Source: Alphaproteobacteria bacterium
Lineage (GTDB): Bacteria > Pseudomonadota > Alphaproteobacteria > UBA6615
Assembly (NCBI GenBank): GCA_965261975.1
Contig: CBDHEC010000057.1
Location: 64,001-128,000 of the forward strand
Direction: 5' to 3'
Length of the DNA stretch: 64,000 nucleotides
Below are positions 40,501-50,814 of the stretch, one piece after another (positions within the stretch are counted from its first letter, which is position 1; each line of letters starts with the position of its first letter). Position numbers and translations under genes: made by a program. A model generated the notes under the pieces. The model was not told where the DNA came from, searched no databases, and was given only the letters and a program-made list of their open reading frames with translations.

Positions 40501-40809
40501 ATGCCCGCCTATTGGCTCGCACGTTCGAAGATCAACGATCCCGTTGAGTACAAGAAATACACCGACCACATCCCCGGCATCCTGGCCAAATACAACGGCC
40601 GGGTCTTGGCCCGCGGCGGCGAGAAACGGGTGCTCGAAGGCGAGACCACCTATGAGCGCTTCGTCGTGATCGAGTTCGATTCCCTGGACGACGCCGAGGC
40701 CTGCTTCAACTCTCCCGAATATGTCGAAGCCGCCAAATTCCGCCGAGTGCCCGGGATTGCCCAGAATGAACTGGTGATTGTGGACGGCGGCGACGCGACG
40801 CCCCGCTAG
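40501..40809 (+). CDS. DUF1330 domain protein
   Basis: KYNGRVLARGG..LEG..VVIEFDS..FNSPEY. Confidence 0.88.
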   Translation: MPAYWLARSKINDPVEYKKYTDHIPGILAKYNGRVLARGGEKRVLEGETTYERFVVIEFDSLDDAEACFNSPEYVEAAKFRRVPGIAQNELVIVDGGDATPR

Positions 40810-40818
40810 GCCCATATG

Positions 40819-41922
40819 TCAGGCCGCGGCGCCTGAATCGGGGAACAGCCCCGCCAGTCCCTCTGCACTGGCGGGGCAGACACCCCGCTCGGTGATTAAG
40901 CCCGTCACGAGACGGGCTGGGGTGACGTCGAAAGCATGGTTCGCCGACGCGGTTCCATCCGGCGTGAGCTGGACCGACACAACATCGCCCGACGCCGTCT
41001 TACCGGAGATATGCGTCACCTCTTCCTGATCACGCTGCTCAATCGGAATATCTCGGACCCCGTCGCTGAGCGTCCAATCGATCGTCGGCGACGGCAGGGC
41101 GACATAAAAGGGCACGCCATTGTCATGTGCGGCCAGCGCCTTGAGGTAAGTGCCGATCTTGTTCGCCACATCACCCGACGCGGTCGTGCGATCGGTCCCG
41201 GTGATGCAGAGGTCCACAAGCCCATGCTGCATCATGTGGCCGCCGGCATTGTCCGCCACCACCGCATGCGAGACCCCGTGACGGCCCAGCTCCCAGGATG
41301 TGAGTGCAGCACCCTGGTTGCGCGGACGTGTTTCATCTGCCCAGACATGTACCGGTATTCCCAGATCATGTGCCTTGTAAATGGGCGCCAGGGCCGTGCC
41401 CCAATCGACCGTCGCAAGCCACCCTGCATTGCAGTGGGTCAGGATGTTCACGGGCCCATCGCCGGGTGACGCATCGCAGGCGGCCCGGATGAGGGCCAGC
41501 CCATGGTCGCCGATGGCACTACAGATCGCCACATCCTCGTCGCATATCTCGGCGGCACGCGCATAAGCCAGCGCGGCCCGAATATCGTGTGGCTGGCTGC
41601 GCAACCGCCCCCGAAGGTCATCCAGCGCCCAGCGCAAATTCACCGCCGTCGGGCGTGTGTCCATCAGGACGTCGTAAGCATTGTCGAGCCCACCGTCGGA
41701 ACTGTCTTCGCGCATCGCCAGCGCCATCCCGTAGGCGGCCGTCGCGCCAATCAGGGGCGCGCCGCGCACGAGCATCGCGCGGATGGCGTGGGCGGCATCA
41801 TCGAGTGATCGAAGACATTCGATCTCAAACCGATGGGGCAGCTTTGTCTGGTCAATGATCTCGACCGACCAACCATCCGCTCCCAACCAGATTGTGCGGT
41901 AGGGCTGCCCGTCGACGTTCAT
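40819..41922 (-). CDS. mtnA: S-methyl-5-thioribose-1-phosphate isomerase
   Basis: [48 protein letters not shown]. Confidence 0.95.
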   Translation of the reverse strand: MNVDGQPYRTIWLGADGWSVEIIDQTKLPHRFEIECLRSLDDAAHAIRAMLVRGAPLIGATAAYGMALAMREDSSDGGLDNAYDVLMDTRPTAVNLRWALDDLRGRLRSQPHDIRAALAYARAAEICDEDVAICSAIGDHGLALIRAACDASPGDGPVNILTHCNAGWLATVDWGTALAPIYKAHDLGIPVHVWADETRPRNQGAALTSWELGRHGVSHAVVADNAGGHMMQHGLVDLCITGTDRTTASGDVANKIGTYLKALAAHDNGVPFYVALPSPTIDWTLSDGVRDIPIEQRDQEEVTHISGKTASGDVVSVQLTPDGTASANHAFDVTPARLVTGLITERGVCPASAEGLAGLFPDSGAAA

Positions 41923-42173
41923 GCATCCCCTCCCTTGCAGATCCGGAAGGTGTAAATGCCGTCACCCTCCGTTGATTCCAGCAGGGTGTCACCCGTCGCT
42001 TCGCAGAAGTGCGCAAAATCCCGAACCGAGCCGGGATCGGATGCGATCACCCGCAACGTGGCGCCGGGAGCCATCGTCTTGAGTGCCTTCTTGGCCTTCA
42101 GAACAGGGAGCGGACATTTGAGGCCGCTGGTGTCGAGCATTTGGTCGTCGTCGGATTGCATTTCGGGCATCAC
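41919..42173 (-). CDS. tusA: TusA family sulfur carrier
   Basis: [25 protein letters not shown]; ATGA overlap with mtnA. Confidence 0.9.
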   Translation of the reverse strand: MMPEMQSDDDQMLDTSGLKCPLPVLKAKKALKTMAPGATLRVIASDPGSVRDFAHFCEATGDTLLESTEGDGIYTFRICKGGDA

Positions 42174-42191
42174 TTCACATTGACCGGTTTT

Positions 42192-42212
42192 CTAATATAC
42201 GAATACACTAAT
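42192..42212. promoter_or_regulatory. Putative ArsR-family operator in tusA/arsR divergent gap
   Basis: AT-rich CTAATATACGAATACACTAAT (CTAAT direct repeat) in a GC-rich context. Confidence 0.35.
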
Positions 42213-42239
42213 CCGATGGACTCCAGAATGGACCCGCCT

Positions 42240-42578
42240 ATGGATCCCTCGGCACTTCAGGAAAAGGCAGGGCAGGCAAGCCGCCTGCTCAAGTCGCTGG
42301 CAAACGAGCGCCGGCTGCTGATCATGTGCTATTTGAGCCAGGGTGAAAAGTCCGTCGGTGAACTCGAGCCGCTGGTCGGGTTGAGCCAGTCCGCCCTCTC
42401 CCAGCATCTCGCACGGCTGCGTCGCGAACATCTGGTCAAAACGCGACGGGATGCCCAGACGATCTTCTATTCGATTTCGAGCGAAGAAGCCCAAGCTGTC
42501 CTGGGCACTCTCTATGATATCTACTGTGCCGATGCAGACCCCACCCGGTCGGCCGGCAGCCAGGGAACGAATGCTTGA
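42240..42578 (+). CDS. ArsR/SmtB repressor of BigR/SqrR/SoxR persulfide-sensing type
   Basis: LKSLANERRLLIMC...SQSALSQHLA..R...LYDIYC: the two Cys sit at the BigR/SqrR positions; alternative starts 42216 or 42228. Confidence 0.85.
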   Translation: MDPSALQEKAGQASRLLKSLANERRLLIMCYLSQGEKSVGELEPLVGLSQSALSQHLARLRREHLVKTRRDAQTIFYSISSEEAQAVLGTLYDIYCADADPTRSAGSQGTNA

Positions 42579-42919
42579 TGTCTGACACCCCGCCCGCACC
42601 CCAAATCGTCATGCTCTACCCCGGCGAAGTGCGCGAACGTATCGCCGGCGGCAGCGCCTATGTTGTGGATGTGCGCGAACCACATGAGAACGCCCAGATA
42701 CGCATTGCCGGTGCACAGCTGGTCCCACTTTCGAACTTCGATCCATCAAAGATAACGCCGGCCGATGGCCAGGACCTGATCCTGCATTGCCGCATCGGCC
42801 AACGATGCGGCGTTGCGGCAGAGCAGCTCGTCGCTGGCGGACACCCAGGAACCATCTATCGAATGTCCGGCGGTATCCTTGAGTGGATGTCGGCGGACTT
42901 TCCGGTCGAGACCGGCTGA
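42578..42919 (+). CDS. Single-domain rhodanese
   Basis: VDVREPHE..RIAGA..LHCRIGQRC..GGILEW. Confidence 0.88.
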   Translation: MSDTPPAPQIVMLYPGEVRERIAGGSAYVVDVREPHENAQIRIAGAQLVPLSNFDPSKITPADGQDLILHCRIGQRCGVAAEQLVAGGHPGTIYRMSGGILEWMSADFPVETG

Positions 42920-42978
42920 TACAGGCCCAAGAATAATAGCCGGGCCGAAAACGGTCCAATCGATCACGTACGGATAAA

Positions 42979-43905
42979 ATGACGATATACCTCCCCATCG
43001 CCGAAATGTCGGTCGACGTTTTCCTCATCCTCCTGATGGGCGGCGGCGTTGGGTTTCTGTCCGGGTTGTTCGGCGTCGGCGGCGGATTTTTGATGACCCC
43101 GCTGCTGATCTTCATCGGCATCACGCCGGCGGTCGCCGTGGCGACCGAGGCCAACCAGATTGTCGCGGCTTCGGTGTCCGGCGTGCTTGCCCATATGCGG
43201 CGTGGAAATGTCGACTTCAAGATGGGTGCCGTCCTGACCGTCGGCGGTTTTGCAGGATCCGCGTTCGGTGTCGGAATATTCACGTTCCTCCGGGAAATCG
43301 GTCAGGTCGACCTGTTGGTCCAGCTCAGCTACGTCCTGTTCCTCGGGATCGTCGGCTTCCTGATGCTGTTCGAAAGCGCCCGGGCGATCTTTCGCATGCG
43401 CGCGGGTACTGCCACGCGCGGCAAACTGCACCAGCACACCTGGCTCCACGGCCTGCCGTTCAAAATGCGCTTCCGCCGTTCGCGGCTCTACATCAGCGCC
43501 CTGCTGCCGCTGGGCATCGGCTTTTTCGTCGGCATCCTCGCGGCCATCATGGGTGTCGGTGGCGGGTTTCTGATGGTCCCCGCGATGATCTATATCCTGG
43601 GCATGCCGACCGCTGTTGTTGTCGGGACATCGCTTTTCCAGATTATCTTCGTCACCGCGAACGTCACCTTCCTCCAAGCGGTCAACAACCAGACCGTCGA
43701 TGTGGTGCTCGCGCTGCTGTTGCTCACCGGCGCCGTGATCGGGGCGCAGTTGGGTACCAAGGTGAGCGGTCGTCTTCGCGGGGAGGAACTTCGCGGTCTG
43801 TTGGCCCTTATGGTGCTCGGGGTCTGCGCCAAGATCGGTTTCGACCTGGTCTCCACGCCGGAAGATATCTACTCGATCAGCGAAACACCCGGGTTCGGCC
43901 TATGA
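42979..43905 (+). CDS. Sulfite exporter TauE/SafE family protein
   Basis: MTIYLPIAEMSV, GLFGVGGGFLMTP, MGVGGGFLMVPAMIY, VGTSLFQI. Confidence 0.9.
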   Translation: MTIYLPIAEMSVDVFLILLMGGGVGFLSGLFGVGGGFLMTPLLIFIGITPAVAVATEANQIVAASVSGVLAHMRRGNVDFKMGAVLTVGGFAGSAFGVGIFTFLREIGQVDLLVQLSYVLFLGIVGFLMLFESARAIFRMRAGTATRGKLHQHTWLHGLPFKMRFRRSRLYISALLPLGIGFFVGILAAIMGVGGGFLMVPAMIYILGMPTAVVVGTSLFQIIFVTANVTFLQAVNNQTVDVVLALLLLTGAVIGAQLGTKVSGRLRGEELRGLLALMVLGVCAKIGFDLVSTPEDIYSISETPGFGL

Positions 43906-44693
43906 GCATGCAACCTCGCCGTTTCCACCCGTTTCGAATATTCGGCTCCTTGCGCGGGGTCGTCGCCATCGCGGCCGCATTGGTCCTGCTGCAAATCCCG
44001 GCGGATGCCGCACGCGACAACGCACTGGCCATCGACCTGAGCCAGGACCTTATCGGCATCAGTACCGGCTTCAAGGGCGCCGACGTCCTCCTGTTCGGAG
44101 CCACGGAAGGCGATGGCGATGTCATCGTGGTGGTGCGTGCACCCGACAGCCAGGTCATTGTCCGCCGCAAGGAACGGGTGGCGGGAATCTGGGTGAATGC
44201 GTCCGAGCTGGTCTTCGACGATGCCCCGGGTTTCTACCATGTCGCCGCCTCGGCGCCCCTCGAAGACCTGCTGCCCGAGCCGATACTCGACGCCAATCAG
44301 ATCGGCACGGACCATATCGCCTTCAACCCGCACTTCCTCACGTCCCTGGACAAGGAAGAGGCATTCCGCGCGGCGCTGATCCGCAACAAACAACGCAGCC
44401 AGCTTTACACAGACGGCCTGCGGGATGTGAGTTTTCGCGGCGGGCTTCTGTTCCGGACCCGGGTCGCTCTCCCAGCGAACGTCCCGACCGGGGACTATGC
44501 AATCACTGTGTATCTGGTGCGCAACGGTGAGATCGCCGACCGCTCGGAATCCCTCCTGCAGGTCCGCAAGGTCGGGATGGAGGCCAAGATCACCGAGTTC
44601 GCTTTCCAGCATGCGCCCCTCTACGGCCTGATCGCCGTCATTATCGCGCTGATTGCCGGCTGGTTCGCCGGCTTCGTGTTCCGTAAGGTTTGA
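43902..44693 (+). CDS. TIGR02186 family membrane protein
   Basis: ISTGFKG..LLFGA, VRRKERVAGIWVN, LFRTRVALPANVPTGDY, C-terminal TM; usual partner of TauE. Confidence 0.85.
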   Translation: MSMQPRRFHPFRIFGSLRGVVAIAAALVLLQIPADAARDNALAIDLSQDLIGISTGFKGADVLLFGATEGDGDVIVVVRAPDSQVIVRRKERVAGIWVNASELVFDDAPGFYHVAASAPLEDLLPEPILDANQIGTDHIAFNPHFLTSLDKEEAFRAALIRNKQRSQLYTDGLRDVSFRGGLLFRTRVALPANVPTGDYAITVYLVRNGEIADRSESLLQVRKVGMEAKITEFAFQHAPLYGLIAVIIALIAGWFAGFVFRKV

Positions 44694-44698
44694 TCGTC

Positions 44699-45217
44699 AT
44701 GTCCGATTCGCCTACCAGCCCCCAGCCGCCGACAAGCGACAAACCCGCCGAAGAGCGGGCAGCCGTCTTTCTCGTGGTCGTCGACAATTCCCCGGAGATG
44801 CGTGTCGCGCTCCGTTGGGCGAGCCTGCGCGCGCGGCGCACCGGCGGGCGGGTCGGCCTCGTCCGCGTCATACGGGACTCGGATTTTCAGCACTGGGCCG
44901 CGGTCGGCAACCTGATGCAGGCCGAAGCGCGCGAGGAAGCCGAGCAACTGTTGCAGGAGCATGCCGCAGAAGTCTCGCGCTTGTACGAAGGCCCCCCCAT
45001 CCTCTACCTGCGCGGTGGCGAGACCAAATCCGCCATTGTCGAACTGGTCCAGGAAGAAAAGGACATTCGGATACTTGTGCTCGCCGCCTCGACGGGACGA
45101 CGCGGCCCCGGCCCCTTGATCAATCACCTCACCAAAAAGGCGATTGGCCAGCTTCGCATCCCCGTGACGATCATTCCCGGCGGGTTAACCGATGAGCAAA
45201 TCGACACACTGGTCTGA
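44699..45217 (+). CDS. Universal stress protein
   Basis: FLVVVDNSPEMRVAL, ILVLAA..GPGPLI, IPVTIIPG. Confidence 0.85.
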   Translation: MSDSPTSPQPPTSDKPAEERAAVFLVVVDNSPEMRVALRWASLRARRTGGRVGLVRVIRDSDFQHWAAVGNLMQAEAREEAEQLLQEHAAEVSRLYEGPPILYLRGGETKSAIVELVQEEKDIRILVLAASTGRRGPGPLINHLTKKAIGQLRIPVTIIPGGLTDEQIDTLV

Positions 45218-45228
45218 GTATTTAACTG

Positions 45229-48177
45229 ATGCCCGACGATATCCGGCCTGACGACCGCTACGAGAAGGTCGACCAATCACCCATCGTCTCGGACGAGGTG
45301 AAGACAACCACCTGTTACATGTGCGCATGCCGCTGCGGCATCAAGGTCCATCTGAAAGAAGGTGCGATCCGCTACATCGAGGGCAACCGCGACCACCCGG
45401 TCAACAAGGGGGTTTTGTGTGCCAAGGGGTCCGCCGGCATCATGCAACACTATTCGCCGGCGCGTCTGTCCCAGCCGCTGCGCCGGGTCGGACCACGCGG
45501 TTCCGGTGAATTCGAAACGATAAGCTGGGAAGAGGCTCTGGACACTGCGACCGAGTGGCTGGGCGACATTCGCCGCCGGGATCCGCGCAAGCTTGCCTTC
45601 TTCACCGGCCGCGATCAAAGCCAGTCTCTGACCGGCTTCTGGGCGAGCCAGTTCGGGACCCCCAATCATGCCGCACATGGCGGGTTCTGCTCGGTCAACA
45701 TGGCCGCAGCCGGCATCTACACGATCGGTGGTTCGTTCTGGGAGTTCGGCGAGCCGGACTGGGAAAACACCAAATATTTCATGATGTTCGGGGTCGCTGA
45801 AGATCATGATTCAAACCCGATCAAAGCGGGGCTGGGTAAGCTTAAGACCAAGGGCGACGCAAAGTTCGTCTCAGTCAATCCGGTCCGCACCGGGTACTCC
45901 GCAATCGCCGACGAATGGGTCGGTGTCCGGCCGGGTACCGACGGATTGCTGGTCATGGCGCTCATCCACGAGCTGGTCCGCACCGGCAACGTCGATCTCG
46001 ATTTCCTGGCGCGCTACACAAATGCGCACTGGCTCGTGCGGCATGCGCCGGGCACGGCGGATCACGGGCTGTTCGTCCGTGGCCGCGACGGCAAGCCGCT
46101 TGCTTACGACCGCAACACCGATCAGCTCGTCGATGCGGGCAGGATCGATATCTCACCGGCGATGCGTGGGCGTTTTCCCCTGCACGAAGCAGCGCCCGGT
46201 GACGGCGGATCGGACGCCGAGGCCGTGCCCGCCTTCCAGCTCTTGCTCGACCGATATCTCGACGCCGCCTACAGCCCCGAGGCGGTCGCCGAGCAGACGG
46301 GTATCGATGCCGAGCGCATTCGCCGGATCGCCGCCGAGCTGGCCCACGCGGCATTCGAACAGGAAATCTCCCTCGACGTGGCGTGGACGGATTGGGCCGG
46401 GCGCAAGCACGACAAAATTATCGGACGCCCGGTCTCGATGCATGCCATGCGCGGTATCTCCGCTCACTCGAACGGCTTCCAGACCTGCCGTGCGATTCAT
46501 CTGCTGCAGATGCTGCTGGGCAGCATCGATTGCCCCGGCGGATTTCGTTACAAACCGCCCTTCCCACGCCCGGCACCGCCCGGCCCCAAACCGGCTGGTA
46601 AACCACATCAGGTATCGCCTGGCGCACCGATGGCGGGGCCGCCTTTGGGGTTTATCACCAGCCCGGAAGATCTGCTGATTGATGATCAGGGCGAAGCGCT
46701 GCGCATCGACAAGGCCTATTCCTGGGACGCCCCGCTGGCTGCCCACGGCATGATGCACATGGTCATCCGGAATGCCTGGGCAGGCGATCCGTACCCGATC
46801 GATGTCCTGTTCATGTTCATGGCGAACATGAGCTGGAACTCGTCGATGAACACCACCGAAACCATCGAGATGCTCACCGACACCGACCCGGAAACCGGTG
46901 AGTACAAGATCCCGAAGATCATCTATTCCGATGCCTTTCAGTCGGAAATGATCGCCTATGCCGACCTGATCCTGCCCGACACGACCTATCTGGAACGCTG
47001 GGACTGCGTCAGCCTTCTCGACCGCCCGATCTGCAGCGCCGACGGGCCTGCCGACGCCATACGCCAACCGGTGGTCACGCCCGATCGCAATGTAAGGCCG
47101 TTCCAGGACGTGCTGATCGATCTGGGTGCCCGGCTCGGCCTTCCAGCCTTCACGACCGACACCGGCACACCGAAATATCCCGGCGGCTATGCCGATTATC
47201 TGGTTCATCACGAACGCGCACCGGGCATCGGCCCGCTGGCCGGCTGGCGAGGCGAGGACGGGTCGTCACACGGCAATGGTGCACCGAATGAAAACCAGCT
47301 TGATCGCTACATCGAGAATGGCTGTTTTTGGAGTGAGGAGTTCGCACCGGACGAGCGCTACTACAAGCACAGCAACCGCGCCTATCTCGACAAGGCCGCG
47401 AAAATGGGGTGGATTGCGGCGGCCGATCCGATTGTATTGCAGCTCTACAGCGAGCCGCTGCAACGCTTCAAACTCGCCGGCCAGGGGTTGGGCAACGTGG
47501 TGCCGCCTGTCAGGTACCGCAACCGCATCGCCGAGACTTTCGACCCTCTCCCTATCTGGTACGCGCCGTTCGAGGAATCGCAAACTGATCCCGAGACTTT
47601 CCCGATCCACGCGCTGACCCAGCGCCCCATGGCGATGTACCACTCCTGGGGATCGCAGAATGCCTGGCTGCGCCAGATCCATGGGTGGAACAAGCTCTAC
47701 ATGAACCGGGAATCTGCGGAAGATCAGGGGCTCCAAGACGGCGACGATGTTCGCGTCGAGAGTCCCTATGGCAGCATCAAGGCCAGGCTCGCGCTCATGG
47801 AGGGCGTCAACGGCAACACGGTCTGGACATGGAATGCGATCGGCAAGAAGCGCGGGGCCTGGAACCTGTCTCCCGATGCGCCGGAATCGAACAAGGGCTT
47901 CTTGCTCAACCACCTCATCACCGACCTGTTGCCGCCGAAAGACGGCTATCGGTTCGGAAACACGGACCCGATCACCGGTCAGGCGGCGTGGTTCGACCTG
48001 CGGGTACGGATCGTCAAGGACGACGGAAGCGACACGACCCTCGCGAATGATCCCTCGGACAACGGCATCGCTCCGCGCGCGCCCGGCGTTAGCGAGGCCG
48101 CGAAGAGGCTGCGGTTCGGCGCACGTTTTCTTCCCGTCTCAAACTGGCGACGGAATCGCGGCGGAGGCGACTCATGA
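45229..48177 (+). CDS. soeA: Cytoplasmic sulfite dehydrogenase molybdopterin subunit
   Basis: TTCYMCACRCGI, AHGGFCSVNMAA, MHAMRGISAHSNG, TQRPMAMYHSWGSQN; no Tat signal. Confidence 0.88.
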   Translation: MPDDIRPDDRYEKVDQSPIVSDEVKTTTCYMCACRCGIKVHLKEGAIRYIEGNRDHPVNKGVLCAKGSAGIMQHYSPARLSQPLRRVGPRGSGEFETISWEEALDTATEWLGDIRRRDPRKLAFFTGRDQSQSLTGFWASQFGTPNHAAHGGFCSVNMAAAGIYTIGGSFWEFGEPDWENTKYFMMFGVAEDHDSNPIKAGLGKLKTKGDAKFVSVNPVRTGYSAIADEWVGVRPGTDGLLVMALIHELVRTGNVDLDFLARYTNAHWLVRHAPGTADHGLFVRGRDGKPLAYDRNTDQLVDAGRIDISPAMRGRFPLHEAAPGDGGSDAEAVPAFQLLLDRYLDAAYSPEAVAEQTGIDAERIRRIAAELAHAAFEQEISLDVAWTDWAGRKHDKIIGRPVSMHAMRGISAHSNGFQTCRAIHLLQMLLGSIDCPGGFRYKPPFPRPAPPGPKPAGKPHQVSPGAPMAGPPLGFITSPEDLLIDDQGEALRIDKAYSWDAPLAAHGMMHMVIRNAWAGDPYPIDVLFMFMANMSWNSSMNTTETIEMLTDTDPETGEYKIPKIIYSDAFQSEMIAYADLILPDTTYLERWDCVSLLDRPICSADGPADAIRQPVVTPDRNVRPFQDVLIDLGARLGLPAFTTDTGTPKYPGGYADYLVHHERAPGIGPLAGWRGEDGSSHGNGAPNENQLDRYIENGCFWSEEFAPDERYYKHSNRAYLDKAAKMGWIAAADPIVLQLYSEPLQRFKLAGQGLGNVVPPVRYRNRIAETFDPLPIWYAPFEESQTDPETFPIHALTQRPMAMYHSWGSQNAWLRQIHGWNKLYMNRESAEDQGLQDGDDVRVESPYGSIKARLALMEGVNGNTVWTWNAIGKKRGAWNLSPDAPESNKGFLLNHLITDLLPPKDGYRFGNTDPITGQAAWFDLRVRIVKDDGSDTTLANDPSDNGIAPRAPGVSEAAKRLRFGARFLPVSNWRRNRGGGDS

Positions 48178-48923
48178 CCAGCCTTCCCACCAACACCAAC
48201 GGCCGCAAGCTCGGCCTGGTCATCGACCTGGATATCTGCGTCGGATGCCATGCCTGCGCGGTCAACTGCAAGGAATGGAACACCGGCGGACATTCGGCTC
48301 CCTTGACGGATGAAGAGCCTTATGGCGCGGACCCACATGGTGTCTGGTTCAACCGGGTCCACAGCTTCGAGGCGGGAGACGGGGGCAGCGGGCGAACCGT
48401 TCATTTCCCGCGCAGTTGCCTGCATTGCGAAGAACCGGCCTGCGTCACCGTTTGTCCGACCGGCGCCTCCTACAAGCGTGAGGACGACGGCATCGTTCTG
48501 GTCAACGCCGACACGTGTATCGGTTGCAAACTCTGCTCCTGGGCCTGCCCCTATGGCGCGCGCGAGTATGACTACGCCGACGGCGTGATGAAAAAATGCA
48601 CGCTTTGCATCGATCGGATCGAGAACCAGCATCTGCCGCCAGAAGACCGCCTGCCGGCCTGTGTGTCGACCTGTCCGGCCTCCGCGCGGCATTTCGGTGA
48701 TCTCGGGGATCCGAACTCCGACGTCAGCCAACTCGTCGAGGAACGCGGCGGATACGACCTGATGCCCGAAATGGGCATGCAGCCCGTGAACAAGTATCTG
48801 CCGCCGCGCGCATCGACACGCCATGATCTCGAAACACCGGCGCCCGCAGCTGAAAACACTCCGACTTCCACCGACACCGGCAGCGACTTCCTCAATTGGG
48901 TCGATCGAATGCTCTCCCGCTAA
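48174..48923 (+). CDS. soeB: Sulfite dehydrogenase Fe-S subunit
   Basis: CVGCHACAVNC, CLHCEEPAC..CP, CIGCKLCSWACP, KCTLC; ATGA overlap with soeA. Confidence 0.88.
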   Translation: MTSLPTNTNGRKLGLVIDLDICVGCHACAVNCKEWNTGGHSAPLTDEEPYGADPHGVWFNRVHSFEAGDGGSGRTVHFPRSCLHCEEPACVTVCPTGASYKREDDGIVLVNADTCIGCKLCSWACPYGAREYDYADGVMKKCTLCIDRIENQHLPPEDRLPACVSTCPASARHFGDLGDPNSDVSQLVEERGGYDLMPEMGMQPVNKYLPPRASTRHDLETPAPAAENTPTSTDTGSDFLNWVDRMLSR

Positions 48924-48943
48924 CTCAAGCTTCGCCGAACTCC

Positions 48944-49891
48944 ATGAACCCCGCCTACTCCGTCATTTTCTTCACAACCGCATCGGGCGCCGGCTATGGC
49001 GCCATCGTGTGGCTCGTGCTGCTCGTGTTGCTGGGTATTGTTCCACTGACCCTGGCCCTTGGAGCGTCGGTGATCATTGTTTCGTTGGCCTTGATCACGG
49101 CCGGCTTGCTCTCGTCGACCTTCCATCTGGGCCATCCCGAACGGGCATGGCGCGCGCTCAGCCAGTGGCGATCCTCCTGGCTTTCGCGCGAAGGTGTCGC
49201 TGCCCTGCTGACCTATGTGCCAATTCTGGTCTTTGCCGTGGGCTCGCTATTTTTTGCCGACCATGGACCCGTCTGGATATGGTTCGGGCTGATCGCGGCG
49301 GGCCTGTGCCTTGTTACCGTAGGCTGCACGGGAATGATCTACGCCAGCCTGCGGGCGATCCCGCGCTGGTCGAACCCGTTGGTCGTACCCGTCTATCTTG
49401 CATTCTCCCTGTCCACCGGCGCCGTACTGGTGATCGCCATTTCATCGATATTCTGGGAAACACCCGGCCTTGTTGCCTGGATTACCGCCGTGATTACGCT
49501 TTCGGCCTGGATGCTGAAAATCGTCTATTGGCACCAGATCGATACCGCCAAACCTGTCGCGACGGCGGAATCGGCGACCGGCCTCGGCACGATCGGCAAG
49601 GTCCGGCTGCTGGAGTCGCCGCACAGCAGCGAGAATTATGTGATGCGCGAAATGGGCTACACAATCGCGCGAAAACACGCCGCCCGGCTTCGGAAAATCG
49701 CGCTCGTCATTGGCGGCGTTGCCACCGCACTCGCCCTGTTCATCGCCGGCCTCTTGCCCGCGCCATTGGCGACGGCGGCATCTTTTCTCGCATTGATTTT
49801 CACAACCCTCGGCATTCTGATCGAACGCTGGCTGTTTTTTGCCGAAGCGCAACATGCGGCCGCTCTCTATTACGGCACCTCCGAGGTCTGA
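48944..49891 (+). CDS. soeC: Sulfite dehydrogenase membrane anchor (DmsC/NrfD family)
   Basis: MNPAYSVIFFTTASGAGYG, HLGHPERAWRA..W.SSWLSREG, ERWLFFAEAQH. Confidence 0.88.
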   Translation: MNPAYSVIFFTTASGAGYGAIVWLVLLVLLGIVPLTLALGASVIIVSLALITAGLLSSTFHLGHPERAWRALSQWRSSWLSREGVAALLTYVPILVFAVGSLFFADHGPVWIWFGLIAAGLCLVTVGCTGMIYASLRAIPRWSNPLVVPVYLAFSLSTGAVLVIAISSIFWETPGLVAWITAVITLSAWMLKIVYWHQIDTAKPVATAESATGLGTIGKVRLLESPHSSENYVMREMGYTIARKHAARLRKIALVIGGVATALALFIAGLLPAPLATAASFLALIFTTLGILIERWLFFAEAQHAAALYYGTSEV

Positions 49892-49899
49892 GAAGAACC

Positions 49900-50808
49900 A
49901 TGGCTGAGGTCACCTGTGTCGGCATCGCGTTCCTGGATCACGTCTTCGAGGGCGATTTCGATCTGGCAGGGGGCGAACTCTCCTTCGCACAAGATTTCAA
50001 TCAGTATGGTGGCGGTACTGCGGCAACCGCGAGTGTCACAGTCGTTCGGTTGGGCGGTTTTTCGGCCTTCTGAGGACGGCTTGGAGACGACGAGACCGGG
50101 CTGCAGGTGCTCGAAGGCCTCAAGCGGCACGGGGTTCAGACCGAACAGGTTCGTCTCGTGCCCGGCGCGCAATCACCTGTCTCCTCTATCCTCATAGACG
50201 CCACCGGTGAGAGACACGAAACGATCTTTGGCGGGCGCGGCCTGGATACCGATGCGAGCTGGCTTCCATTCGGCAGGATCGAGGACACAAGTGCCATTCT
50301 GGTCGATCCTCGCTGGCCCGAAGCTGCGATCCCCGCACTTCAGAATGCCTACGACCACCGAATTCCCGCAATCCTGGACGGCGAAGCCGGCCCCAACCCG
50401 GTGCCCCGCGAGCTGATCGAGATGGCCAGCCATGTTGTCTTCTCCTATGCCGGTTTACTCCAGCATTCGGGCACAACAGACGTAAGGGCCGGTCTAGAGG
50501 CCGCCGCCTCGACGACCGAAGCCCGTGTTGGCGTCACCGCCGGCTGGAACGGGTTCAGCTGGCTCGACGAGGATGGCCAGTTGCAAACCACCCCTGCGCT
50601 TGACCTGCCGGTCGTGGATAAACTCGGCGCCCGGGATGTGTTTCTCGGGGCGCTCGCGCTGGCTGTCGGCGAGGAGAAAAGCCTGGATTTGGCGGCACGG
50701 TTTGCCATTGCCGCAGCGGGTCTTAAATGTTCGAAACCCGGCGGCCGCGGCGCCATTCCATGTCGCGCCGAAATCTGGGATCTGCTGGGCGACGTTGAAG
50801 CCGATTAA
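49900..50808 (+). pseudogene. PfkB/ribokinase family sugar kinase (YihV-like) interrupted by in-frame TGA at 50071-50073
   Basis: MAEVTCVGIAFLD..GGGTAATA..RLGG..F*GRLGDDETG in one frame; C-terminal DKLGARDVF instead of DT.GAGD.F. Confidence 0.8.
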
Positions 50809-50814
50809 TCGGCG

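Noticed and set aside
45229-49891. DMSO reductase dmsABC call
   Set aside because: No Tat signal on the catalytic subunit; CYMCACRC and GGFCSVNM motifs plus the sulfur context indicate SoeABC.
5196-50073. Stop-codon reassignment (TAG/TGA read as sense) or Pyl/Sec insertion explaining the two in-frame stops
   Set aside because: Many intact genes here end at TAG or TGA at their expected C-termini (nusG and tuf at TAG; rlmB and soeA at TGA). Neither site is a Cys/Lys catalytic position, and the kinase has a second lesion.
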